In this document: piece by piece, positions 22,998 through 32,849 of the stretch
Layout: every line of letters begins with the position of its first letter
Numbering within the stretch: the first letter of the stretch is position 1
Translations under genes and position numbers: made by a program
Notes under the pieces: generated by a model
What the model was told of the DNA's origin: nothing
Seen by the model: the letters and a program-made list of their open reading frames with translations, nothing else
Databases searched by the model: none
DNA from: a virus
Taxonomy: Duplodnaviria > Caudoviricetes
DNA: 64,000 nucleotides
Virus record (IMG/VR): IMGVR_UViG_3300042196_000418
Strand: one strand, 5' to 3'

Positions 22998-23283
22998 GGC
23001 ATCTCGATTCTAGTTGTTATCGTCGTTGGACGCGACGATCACGACAGCTCCCGATCGTAGCTCAAGCACTCGCCGTCGGACGAATCTGCCGGGGCCACCC
23101 CCGGAGATCTTTGCTCATCGCCCACGCAGGACGGCGACTAAGGCACCACAAGAAGAAGCGCCCGTTCCAGTAGATCAAATCCGTCGACTCTGGTTGTAAA
23201 GGCGCTCCATGCATGTCCACGACGCTACAAGGCGCCTCTGACGTTCGTGGGCCGGCGCCAGGCACGGAGCCGCGGTCCCGTGG

Positions 23284-23838
23284 CTACGGTCGGAAATTAT
23301 CCCACGCTTCATGCACGCCATGGAGCTCGGGATGGAAATGATGGTCACGCATCTCTTGGTACGCACGATCCTTCGTCCAGTGGTCGTGCAACACGCGATA
23401 GCGGCCGATAACGTACCCAGTGCGATCTTGGCCGTGGGTGCAGTGGACGAGCCACAGCTCGTCGGCGGTCGCTCCAACGAGCAGTGTCTCTGCCTCGTCG
23501 ACGAGCAGGGGATCCGGCCCTTTGAACACACTCTTCAGATCGTCCCACGTGCTTTGATCTCCCTCGGGTTGAATCGCGAGAACATGCACTTCGATGCCCA
23601 TGCGCGCCGCGAGGTCATCGGATCCTTCCGTGTCAAAGTTCAACTTGATTACGTGCACGTGTCGACCGTTCGCGAGCGCGCGGATGTAGTTCCAACCCTC
23701 CTGCGTCGTGATCTGGCCAGAGCGCCAGACGTTGGTGTTGACCTGCGCGAGGTTAGGGATCCCGTGCGTGTAGTGCATGGGAGAGCAGGCGGTGAGCGTG
23801 GCGAAGACGAGGACGAGGGCGAAGGTACGAATCGACAT
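23284..23838 (-). CDS. Protein tyrosine / dual-specificity phosphatase lipoprotein
   Basis: Lipobox LTAC, NLAQV...VWRSGQ, catalytic HCTHGQDRTG (HCx5R). Confidence 0.88.
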   Translation of the reverse strand: MSIRTFALVLVFATLTACSPMHYTHGIPNLAQVNTNVWRSGQITTQEGWNYIRALANGRHVHVIKLNFDTEGSDDLAARMGIEVHVLAIQPEGDQSTWDDLKSVFKGPDPLLVDEAETLLVGATADELWLVHCTHGQDRTGYVIGRYRVLHDHWTKDRAYQEMRDHHFHPELHGVHEAWDNFRP

Positions 23839-23873
23839 GCCGCGAGGCTAGCGCGATAGTGTCTCGCGCAGAT

Positions 23874-24203
23874 CTAGAACGCCTTCAGCTTCCACTTCTT
23901 CGGCGAGACCTGCTTGAGCGCGTCCTCGACGCTCGAGTGCTGCGAATCTCGGACGGGCCCCAGCTCGTCGAAGAAGCTGACCTGCCACTTACCGATGGAC
24001 TTGGTCGAGGGGTGGACGATCGCCGACTCGTCGCGCCTCATTCTCGACGAAAATTCGGCGCCCCGCAGCGGACCCACGACCTTCCAGTCACAGCTCTTGA
24101 TCCCAAACGCGAGCGTGCGACAGACCACGCGCAGCGGAGACTTGTGCCGTGCCAGGGCCTCTGCGATCTCACGATCAAGCTGGGCGGACTTGTTCACCGA
24201 CAT
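23874..24203 (-). CDS. Hypothetical protein with N-terminal AQLDREI tag
   Basis: Starts MSVNKSAQLDREIAEALARHK at ATG 24203. Confidence 0.75.
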   Translation of the reverse strand: MSVNKSAQLDREIAEALARHKSPLRVVCRTLAFGIKSCDWKVVGPLRGAEFSSRMRRDESAIVHPSTKSIGKWQVSFFDELGPVRDSQHSSVEDALKQVSPKKWKLKAF

Positions 24204-24385
24204 GGGCCTCCGTGGTCTTGGGGTTCCGCGTTCCGCGCGTTCGAGTCTACTGCGTGGAACTGCAAAGCCCCAATTTCGAGCGAGCGATCGCCACAAGTGA
24301 GGCAGCCTTCGCGAAACAGCTCTCGTGCTACGATCAAAGGAGGCGTCGAAGCCGCGGCCTCCGCGCAACGCGCAACACCTAAAGT

Positions 24386-24898
24386 CTATTCCTCGATCGT
24401 CGCGCCAGCACGCTCGGCCGCCGCGCGGCCCGCCTTCGTGAAGGGGCCGACCACGACCAGCTCGGGCGAGACCTCGGACCGGTACGCGTCGAACAAGACC
24501 TGCGCGAGCCCGCGTCCGCGCGCATCGGAATCGACCCAGAAGTGATGCACGTAGGGCCGGTCGAGTTCGACGGAATACGCGAGACCGGCCAACGGATCCT
24601 CGACGCCGCCCTTGGGCAAAACGATCAAAATGCGGCCAGAGCGCCCGCCGCCATACATTTTACCGACGGTGAAGATCAGATCCCAAGCACTCGGAATGCC
24701 TGCGAGCGTGACCTCGATCGGCTCGCGCCGTGTGATGCGCTCGCCCATGAGCGCCTCATGCACGCGCTCGCGCGTGATCCGCTCCATGCCGCCGTTGCCG
24801 TCAGGCCGCTTCGCCAGCGTCTCCTCGATCTCGCGCTCGAGTTGCTTGGCGGGCGTCTTCTTCTTCGCGGGAGCCGCCTTCTTCGGCGTGCGCGGCAC
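24386..24898 (-). CDS. GNAT-family acetyltransferase with N-terminal QLEREI tag
   Basis: VHHFWVDSDARGRGLAQVL (GNAT motif A). N-terminus KKKTPAKQLEREIEETLAKR. GTG 24898. Confidence 0.7.
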   Translation of the reverse strand: MPRTPKKAAPAKKKTPAKQLEREIEETLAKRPDGNGGMERITRERVHEALMGERITRREPIEVTLAGIPSAWDLIFTVGKMYGGGRSGRILIVLPKGGVEDPLAGLAYSVELDRPYVHHFWVDSDARGRGLAQVLFDAYRSEVSPELVVVGPFTKAGRAAAERAGATIEE

Positions 24899-24900
24899 GG

Positions 24901-25410
24901 CTACTCCTCGCTCTGCGCGCTCGCAATTTCCGCCTGCAACGCACTCTCCAGTGCAGCCTTCTCGCTTGCGGAGAGCTTCTTCCACGCCGCACGCACCATG
25001 TCGTCGGGAGTCATCCACTCGAAGGCCCCAACCATCTGCGTGAGAGCCGCAGAGCGATTCATGCGCGGGTTCGCGAGCACCTGCTTGGCCATGAGCATCG
25101 AGCCGTAACCGTAGTTACCAGCGAGCAACCAGCCGACGCGCTCTGCCACCAAATTGGGGTCTTCGCTCATCGCCTTGTAGAACTCCGCCTGTGCCTCCTT
25201 CCGATCGGAGAGCGGTGCCCGACGAAGCCCGTCGAGATGCTTGCGCGCATCTGCAAGCTCGCGACGCTCGTACTCCGCCTGACTCGGAACGCCGGAGGCT
25301 TTGGCCTTCGCGCCCGTCGCCGCTCCCTGCTTCTTTTCGCGCATGCGCAGGACCTCGTCGATCTCACGATCGAGCTGCGCGCCACGCGTCTTCGTACCGT
25401 TGTTCGCCAT
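24901..25410 (-). CDS. Helical hypothetical protein with N-terminal AQLDREI tag
   Basis: MANNGTKTRGAQLDREIDEVLRMR. Confidence 0.75.
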   Translation of the reverse strand: MANNGTKTRGAQLDREIDEVLRMREKKQGAATGAKAKASGVPSQAEYERRELADARKHLDGLRRAPLSDRKEAQAEFYKAMSEDPNLVAERVGWLLAGNYGYGSMLMAKQVLANPRMNRSAALTQMVGAFEWMTPDDMVRAAWKKLSASEKAALESALQAEIASAQSEE

Positions 25411-25435
25411 CAGCCTATGCTCCCTTTCGTTCGAA

Positions 25436-25936
25436 TCAATCGTCGGTGTTCATGGCGTCATCGACAGACAAAAAGCCCCGACGAACGGATTCCGCGACGT
25501 CCTCGTCACGCCCTTTGGACATTCCGGTGCGGCGGACGTTGTCAGCAAACTTCCGCAGCTCTTCGTCGCGGAGCGACTCCCCGATCTCACGATCAAGCTC
25601 GGCAGCACTCTTCGCAGAGGGCTTGCAGGCGCCCGGCACATACTGCTGGCGTGAGCGACATCGCGAACGATGCCCGAGCTTGCCGGCATCAACTCCGTGC
25701 TTGGTCAGCTTACTGAGCCAGTTCGCTGCTCCACATTCTTTGCATTCGATCCAGGTGTCACCGTCTGGCGCAGGTTCGATCAACAGCTGATCGACCGGGT
25801 TCCCAGCCTCATGACCGACACACTCCGCATGTACTGCGGGCTTCCCTTTTTCATAGGCGATCGCTCTGCCAGGCTTGATCCTTTGGGAGCACGCTGGACA
25901 GGTCGACTCGAACTTTGCCGTGATGATTTTGGGCAT
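25436..25936 (-). CDS. Zinc-finger protein with internal AELDREI tag
   Basis: AKFESTCPAC...VHAEC, CKECGA...H..RC, then KSAAELDREIGESLR. Confidence 0.75.
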   Translation of the reverse strand: MPKIITAKFESTCPACSQRIKPGRAIAYEKGKPAVHAECVGHEAGNPVDQLLIEPAPDGDTWIECKECGAANWLSKLTKHGVDAGKLGHRSRCRSRQQYVPGACKPSAKSAAELDREIGESLRDEELRKFADNVRRTGMSKGRDEDVAESVRRGFLSVDDAMNTDD

Positions 25937-26215
25937 CTTTGCCGGTGTGCTCTCGTCCCCCGAGTCTCGCTCAAATCCCGCAGAGCTGGAAGATTTCGTC
26001 CTGCACCTTGCGCTGCTCGTCAGAGGTCCAGTCGCGCCAGTCCATCAGCTTGTGCCCGTAGCCCTGAGGGTAGCGACGTCGAAAACCGCTTTCCCAGCAC
26101 ACCTCATACTGCCGCGGTCCCTCGCGTGTCACGACACCGATCCGTAGGCGAATCATGCTAGCGCCCTCGTTGACCAGCTCCTGTACGTATTGCCCGCGCG
26201 TCCGCTTCGTATCCG

Positions 26216-26770
26216 TCATAGCAACGACAGTTGCTCCACGATCTCTGCGGCCCTCTCTGCCGGACGAAGCGCCATCCACAGCACGCCCAGCGTATTCGTA
26301 CCGTGCCACGTCCCATCCGCCTGCCGCGCAGCGCCCCAGAACAAACCAGATTCGTTCGCCCTCGCAGTACAGTCCTCCACGATACGGCGGTTTCCCGTCG
26401 CGCGCAGGGCCTCCAATAACAGCGGATGCTGTTCCAGCTTCAGGCCCAAGATCACGCGCATGTTGGAGATGTCCTGCTCGGAGCGCGGCTGCACGATCAT
26501 CTCGCGTGCATGCTCTTTCGCGATCCTCTTCACCATCATGGGACTCGTCGCAGCCATGATCAGCTTCCTGACCTCGGAGGTGTCAGGGAAACGCTGCGCT
26601 TGGAACGCATGTTCCGCGGTGCGCCAGAGCCCCACCGGATGCGGCGACATGTTGCCGAGCCATCCGTAGGGCTCACGTACCTTTCTGATCACGATGTCGT
26701 CGGTCACGAAACGGGCGCCAGCTCCGAAAGCGGAAAGATCCACGGGCCGCGCCCGATCCGTTTGGTACAT
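26216..26770 (-). CDS. NADAR (YbiA/DUF1768) family N-glycosidase / ADP-ribosylhydrolase
   Basis: YGWLGNM, WRTAEHAFQAQRF, SPMMVKR, KLEQHP.L...L.ATGNRRIVE, FWG, GTNTLGVLWMALR. Confidence 0.9.
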   Translation of the reverse strand: MYQTDRARPVDLSAFGAGARFVTDDIVIRKVREPYGWLGNMSPHPVGLWRTAEHAFQAQRFPDTSEVRKLIMAATSPMMVKRIAKEHAREMIVQPRSEQDISNMRVILGLKLEQHPLLLEALRATGNRRIVEDCTARANESGLFWGAARQADGTWHGTNTLGVLWMALRPAERAAEIVEQLSLL

Positions 26771-27507
26771 TCCATGCCTATCCAGTTAGCGCCCGCTGTG
26801 CGCCTTTTCAATGACTGCGTACCCAAGTGCCTGGAGCAGCCTAGGCATCTGCGTGCCAGTTGGCACTTCGATCGTCTTGTAAATGCTGTCAGTAGACGAC
26901 GGAAGCGCGATTCTTCGTCGTGCATCCTTAACGCAATCACCGTCCCATTCAAGCGTGACGCCGACTCGTCGTCCCGCTGCGGTAATCAATGTCGCCAGAG
27001 TGAAGGAACTTTGGTTACTCATTGTAGGCGTCCGTGCCGACGATCCGCTCGATCGCCGCCACCGCACCGTCCGGAAGCATCACGATGTCGCCCGGCCGTA
27101 ACGGATCGTGCTCCTCGCGCGGAGCGAACGTCCTTGGTGTCGCCGCCACGGGTTTCTTCTTCGAGCATGCTTTTCGGGTCACGAGCCCTCTCCACTGCCG
27201 GCCAGCTCCAGCTCCGCATGCACGTACCGCGTCAGCTCGCGCTCGATCGTACCATCCGAGAGGATGGTCGCCGCAAGATCGCCGGTCTTGACGGCGAGTC
27301 GCTCCTGGATCACCGCGCACGCGGCGTCGACGGCACGTTCGACCAGCGCCTCGATCGCGACCTTGCACGTCTGAATCGCGTGCTGTCCGACGTGCCCATG
27401 ATCGCCGCGGAACGAGCGGAGAGCGTTGGACCACGTCGCACTGTCGATGAGGCCGCGGGTATAGAGCACCTGGATCTGGGACTGAGTGAGCGGGGCAGCT
27501 TCCTTCG

Positions 27508-28851
27508 TCACGACACGACCTCCTTCGACAAGATCTTCGACGTCTTCATCTTCTGCGCCTTGCGCGCGGTCTTCTTCGCGAGCGCCTCAGCCTTCGCCGC
27601 ATTCATGGCCATCAGCTCCGCGTAACGGGCGATGATCGAGGCGGCATCGGTGTATTTCACTTCGAGCCCCAGCAACGCCGCGACTGCGAGACGAACCTTG
27701 GCCAACAGATCCGCCTCGTCCGCCGTGGGCATGACCGTCGGCCAGCCCTCGGTATAAAGCAAGTGCTTCGGGATGCGAGCCTCGATCTGCTCACGTGCAC
27801 GAGCACGCTGCTTAGCGGCGGCGATCGCAGCCGCCGTCTCCTCGTCGAGCAACTGCGGGGCAATGTCAGCGAGCCACGACGAGCCCTGGAACGCGAAGGT
27901 CGACGCGATCTCCAGCGCGACCATCGTGCGGAACACCGGTACGTTGTCCTCGCACGTCGTAGACGCGACCAGGTCCGAACGCTGCGCCATAATGCAGTAC
28001 CGACACGAGATCCGACTCATGCCGTAAACCGTGTAGCCCTCGTGGAGATCGAAGCCGCGCGCTGCGCAGAACGCATAGACATCGCGATCGGTCCACTCGG
28101 CGATCGGGTTCCAGTCGAGGCCCGTGGTGCAGGAGCCCTTGTGCTCAAGGCGCTTGTTGCGCTGCGCCGTCTTGGCGCCGCTACGCTGGCGACTCTCCGC
28201 GCGGCGGATGCCAGCGGCCGAAATGATCGTCTGACCAGGAAACCGCTTGACGAGCGCGGCGGCGATCGGCGCACTCTTGAGTTCTGACGTGCAGAACCGC
28301 ATCGAGGGCGTCGACCAGGGGAGGATGACCTTGACGCATTCGAGATTCGCGTAACGGCGACGGTTGTTCGACCAGCGGCCCTGCCAGCGCTTCATCATGC
28401 CGCCGGCTGCACGACGCACGACAATCAGCTCGACGCCGAGCCGGTCTGCGAGGCGCTGACACGTCGGCAGCGAGTCGGTCCATTCGACGCTCAGCTCCGG
28501 GCGCTCGTCGCCGAGGTCGGCGTGTACGAGGATGCGCGGACCGGTGTGGCCGATCGTGTCCAGGTACTCGATCGTCGCAAGGGCGGCGGCGCAGGAATCC
28601 TTGCCGCCGGACACACCGATCGCGACCGGAGCGTTCGCGGCCAGCGCCGCGGCCAAATCGGAGATCGCCGCGATCTCGACCTTGGCCTCCTTGCACTTGG
28701 CAGCTGACGTCGATCGCGCCGCGATCAATGCTTCGAGCTTCGCGATCCGCTCCGAGAGCGACTCGACACCGCGGTCGATGCGACCGGGGAGCCCGAGCGA
28801 AACAAGCTTCTGACCTGGGCTGCATGCCGACATTTGAACCTTCGACATCAT
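27508..28851 (-). CDS. Phosphoadenosine phosphosulfate reductase family protein (mobile-element type)
   Basis: VAIGVSGGKDS, VHADLG..EW, FCTSELK, GIRRAES..R, WNPIAEW, LH..Y..YGMSRISCRYCIM. ATG 28851 lies 14 nt from the promoter -12 position. Confidence 0.88.
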   Translation of the reverse strand: MMSKVQMSACSPGQKLVSLGLPGRIDRGVESLSERIAKLEALIAARSTSAAKCKEAKVEIAAISDLAAALAANAPVAIGVSGGKDSCAAALATIEYLDTIGHTGPRILVHADLGDERPELSVEWTDSLPTCQRLADRLGVELIVVRRAAGGMMKRWQGRWSNNRRRYANLECVKVILPWSTPSMRFCTSELKSAPIAAALVKRFPGQTIISAAGIRRAESRQRSGAKTAQRNKRLEHKGSCTTGLDWNPIAEWTDRDVYAFCAARGFDLHEGYTVYGMSRISCRYCIMAQRSDLVASTTCEDNVPVFRTMVALEIASTFAFQGSSWLADIAPQLLDEETAAAIAAAKQRARAREQIEARIPKHLLYTEGWPTVMPTADEADLLAKVRLAVAALLGLEVKYTDAASIIARYAELMAMNAAKAEALAKKTARKAQKMKTSKILSKEVVS

Positions 28852-28863
28852 GTCCCTCAACTA

Positions 28864-29058
28864 TCCACGCGCGGTGCCAGCGTGAGTACGAGCCTAAGCC
28901 ACTGATCTGACACCGAGGTAGCGCCGCACCCACCCGAGCTCGTGGCGAGCCGGATTCTGGGTAGCTCTCTACCCGTGTCTTGAGCACGCCAATCAGCACT
29001 GCGGCCAAACGGCTTGACGCGAGCTTAGCTTCGGATCACGTCCGGCACGCCGCGAGCA
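28864..29058. promoter_or_regulatory. Divergent promoter hub P4
   Basis: GGGTA-gctctc-TACCC 28959-28974 (perfect), AGGTA-gcgccg-CACCC 28916-28931. Plus GG-cacgccgcga-GC 29044-29057 with ATG 29071. Minus TGGCACcgcgcgTGGA (GG 28878-77, non-canonical -12 GG) with ATG 28851. Confidence 0.75.
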
Positions 29059-29601
29059 GGAGACGTTGGCATGCAGAACGTTGATCTCGCTGCCACGCTC
29101 GCTCGCCTCAAGGAAACCGCCACCGCGCAGGTCGCCCAGTATCCGCAGTACAGGAACCACTTCACACCCTACCGGCTCGTGCGCATCAAGGGCGACGTCA
29201 AAACGAAGGCGGGCCTGGCGTTCGCGCGCGGAGAATTCGCGATCGCAACCGAGAAGAAGGACGAGCTGCCCGGCCTTCCGTCCAGCGGCAAGTTCGTCAC
29301 CGTGTGGTCGCGTCGCAACAAGATCGACACCAGCGTCCGCGTGACGGACGTGGAGTGGCTGTAATGCTGATGCTCAGGCTCGCGACCAAGCCCGGCCAGC
29401 GCGTCAGCGGTGCAGCCGACGTGTACTACGTCAGCGAGCGCCGCGGCGAGTTCGTGCTCCAGAGTCACGACCTCGCACCGCGCAGCTACGCGTCCCTCGA
29501 CAAGCTCGCGCACACCCTCGGCGGGATCGTTCCCTGGGAGCAATGGTCGGACGAAGCGCAGACCCAGCTCGATCACCTCAAACTTCGCGGAGCCTTCTAG
29601 G

Positions 29602-29886
29602 ATGCTGATCCCGACCGTCCACTTGAACGGTACCGCGGGAGAGGTCCTGCGCGACCAGTACGCCGAGGCGGCCGAGGCCGTCCGCAAGGCGATCGACGCC
29701 GTGTGCGACGCCGGTCCCAACGCGCGCGACTACTACGTGCAGGGCCCGGACGCCGGGCTCACCGCGCAGCGCGAGCACGAGGCCCGCGTCAAGGCACTCA
29801 AGACCGTGCGCGATGAACTCGCCGCGATCACGGAAGGCATCCAGGATCAGATCGACACCAAGGAAGCTTCGCGGAGGAGCCGATGA
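29602..29886 (+). CDS. Conserved phage hypothetical protein
   Basis: MLIPTVHLNGT...PNARDYYVQG motif, recalled from phage early proteins. Confidence 0.65.
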   Translation: MLIPTVHLNGTAGEVLRDQYAEAAEAVRKAIDAVCDAGPNARDYYVQGPDAGLTAQREHEARVKALKTVRDELAAITEGIQDQIDTKEASRRSR

Positions 29887-30040
29887 AGGAGCCTGCGTGG
29901 GATGCCGGCCAGGTGAAGATGTTCGCCAAGCAGATCGCGACGTCCGACGAAGATCAGGCATGGTGGTCCTTCCACTCGAAGATTCGCAACGCGGCCGTGA
30001 CGCTGCAAGAGCTTCTTGCAACGCAGCGCGATCTCGTGCC

Positions 30041-30253
30041 ATGACCTTGCTCATGCCCAAGTCCCAGCGGAAGGCCAAGCGCGACGCCCGCGTCGTCACG
30101 TACGTGCGCGTGAAACCAGAAGAGCACGCGCTGATCGCCGAGATCGCCGGAAAGCGTGGCTGGCCGCACACGATCGCCAGCGTCACCGCCGAGATGATCA
30201 CGCGCGGCCTCAAGGCCGAAGCAGACACCAGCCCGGCCGAAGTTCGCTCATGA
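30041..30253 (+). CDS. Small DNA-binding protein, ribbon-helix-helix-like
   Basis: VVTYVRVKPEEHALIAEIAGKRG..TIASVTAEMITRGL (beta-alpha-alpha pattern). Confidence 0.5.
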   Translation: MTLLMPKSQRKAKRDARVVTYVRVKPEEHALIAEIAGKRGWPHTIASVTAEMITRGLKAEADTSPAEVRS

Positions 30254-30648
30254 GCAGCCGCAAGAACCCCAAGAAACTCGTCGTCTCGTACAACGTCACC
30301 GATCTCTCCAAGGACGAGATCGGTCAGCTCGCACAGGAAGCGCAAATGCAAAACGAAGCGTCCGATGGTATGGGCGGTAAACACTTCGATGGCAAGACGG
30401 GACACCCCGACGTGCCTGTACTCGACACGCGCGTCGTCAAGCGTGGCAAGAGCCAGTACCTCGTCGTCGAGTTCGACGTTACCGGCCTCACCAAGACCGC
30501 GATCGGTCACCTCGCGAGTGAAGCAGAAGTGCAGGCTGAAGCGTCCGACGCCGAGGAGTGGGTGAACGATCCATCGTTGAATACCCCGGGTCATCCCAAT
30601 GTCGCCGTCACGAGCAAGGTCGTCTCTCGCGCGAAAAGGTCCCGGTGA
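30250..30648 (+). CDS. Hypothetical protein with two tandem VT.L......LA....Q.EASD...HP.V domains
   Basis: LVVSYNVTDLSKDEIGQLAQEAQMQNEASD..GHPDV / LVVEFDVTGLTKTAIGHLASEAEVQAEASD..GHPNV. Confidence 0.8.
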   Translation: MSSRKNPKKLVVSYNVTDLSKDEIGQLAQEAQMQNEASDGMGGKHFDGKTGHPDVPVLDTRVVKRGKSQYLVVEFDVTGLTKTAIGHLASEAEVQAEASDAEEWVNDPSLNTPGHPNVAVTSKVVSRAKRSR

Positions 30649-32849
30649 CCAAGACCAAGACCAAACGATCCGAGCGTTGCTGCCGTATGCCGAACGGCAT
30701 GCACGCGAAGAGTTGCGCGACCTGGAAAGCAAAACAGGCGTTCGACACGCGACGTGCAGCCAATGAGGCGGTTGGCATGGAAGTCTGCATGGTCGTCGTC
30801 GGTTACGTATCTGGCCGCGATCCGTTCAGATTGATCGGGCGCGTCTCTGCCGATACCGGCAATGATGCGATGCCTGATCCTCCGCTCACGATGGAGGAAA
30901 TGCAGCCCGTCGCGTTCGCCGCAAAGATGGCGCTCGCGAAGGTACTCATCGCCCGTCGAAAGCGCGGCAATGGGTGACAACCGGCTTGAAGACATCCGTG
31001 GACAAGCGGGGATTCCGGTGGTCACCACCTCCGGGAACCACATGGTCTTCTCGTGCCCCAAAGCCACGACGAGACCTCTTCCCGTGATCACGGGTCCCGT
31101 GACCGTGACGTTCAAGTGCGCACACACCATGGCCGACCTGGCCATAGGCCCCGTCACGGTGATCGATCAACAGGGCTACGACGCCAGCGACGAAACGTCC
31201 GTAGGTCGTTACGGCCTCGGCTGGGTAACCCGGCACGTCGCTGGTGAGATCGCGAAACACTACGGCGTCGCACTGAAGGAGTTCTAGTCATGCCGAACAC
31301 GACCGTCGTCCTCAACGAGCAGCTCGCGACCGTCGAGAAGCGAGCCACGTCAGGCCCGCAACTCTCGGGCTCCGAGCGCGCGGAGTACAACCGCATCGAC
31401 AACCGGATCAGCCGCGCGACGGCTGACCTGCGGCGCGCAAAGAAGCGCGGCGACAAGAAGAAAGCGGCCAGCGCGGAGCGTGCACTCGCCAACGCCAACG
31501 CCATGCGCGACGAGTTCTTGGCACCCAAGGTCGGCCATTTGTGGGCACCGACGCGGATCATCGCCAAGTTCGAGGGTCACTGGCACGGGCAAACTGGTTC
31601 CGGCGTGCACCGTCACGAGTGCGAAATGGTCCTCGATCACAAGGATCTCTCTGGCCCGAACTACCGCACTGTGCGCGTGCTCAAAGACGAAGGCGGACCG
31701 CCCACCAACGCGCGTTCAGCGCCCGACGTGATGGGAGTGTCGTGGCTCTACCTCGGAGAACAGATCGAGCGCGGACAGATCATCGAGGTCGAAGGAGCAT
31801 CCTCGTGAAGAAGAAGTCCACGAAGTCTGCGAAGGCGCCACAGACGAAGATCGGCAACGCGCGCAGACGCGCGCTCGTCCGCGAAAAACCGAGCGAGACC
31901 GACGCCGCGGTGGCGGTCGCCCAGGCATGGCTCTCCAAGGCCGGCTTCCACGAAGACCCTGCCGGCGACGATCCCGCCCGCATCGAGATCCAAGGCCCCG
32001 GCTGGGAGGGCCGTAGCCACGAGCACTACGTCGACGTACGGATCTACGTGCCCGCGCTCGACATCGAGCACGTCGTCGACGGCACGCATCCCGACGGCAT
32101 CACGGTGGAGGCTGCGTGAGCACGCCACTCAAGGCCGGCACGATCGTCTACCGCGTGGTCGAAGTAGATCCACCTGACGATACGCCGCACACGTGGAAGG
32201 TCGCCTGCGTCACCGTGGAACGCGCGAGCGGAAGGCAGGTCAAACTCCAGAGGCGCTTTGTCGGCGTCTCGAACGTCCTGTTCGAGCCGAGCGCCCTCGG
32301 CCGCATCTTCTTCGAGACCCCGCTGCAAGCCATTCGGTTCTTCCTGACAGCGCGGCTTCTTGAGCTGGAGTCGCTCGCTCGCAAGAAGACGGAAGCCGCG
32401 CGTGCGATCGCGTGGGCCTCCTGCCAAGAGGGCATGCCGTGAAAGGACGGGCTAAAAACCGACGAACCCACCGCAGAGGAGAACATAAGTGAGCAGAGAC
32501 ACTATTCTCACCGACGAGGCCGATGTCCGGTACTCGTACGACAACATCAGAACGCAAGGCTGGCTCAGCGGTCATGCGAGCGGCCTCGACGCCGCCGCCG
32601 AGTATCTTCACGAGCGCGCTGTAAAGCTATTCCGCGATGGCAAGGACGAGGAAGCAACGCGCCTGCGACGTCTCGCAGAGGACATGGTCAAGGAACTTCG
32701 CCCGCAGATGGAAAAGCGTACGAAGGACCACGCGAAGGAACATCCCGCCGTCATCGAGGCTGAATAGTGGGCGACAAACGAACCCCCATAGAACCAACCG
32801 CGGATGAACTCGCTGCACGTGAAGCTGCTGCCGATCCGTTCATCGAGCG

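Noticed and set aside
10704-28851. Complete Dnd/Ssp phosphorothioation or sulfate-assimilation system
   Set aside because: No DndD/E, SspB/C, cysteine desulfurase or cysDN genes in the window. Only the PAPS-reductase-like proteins are supported.
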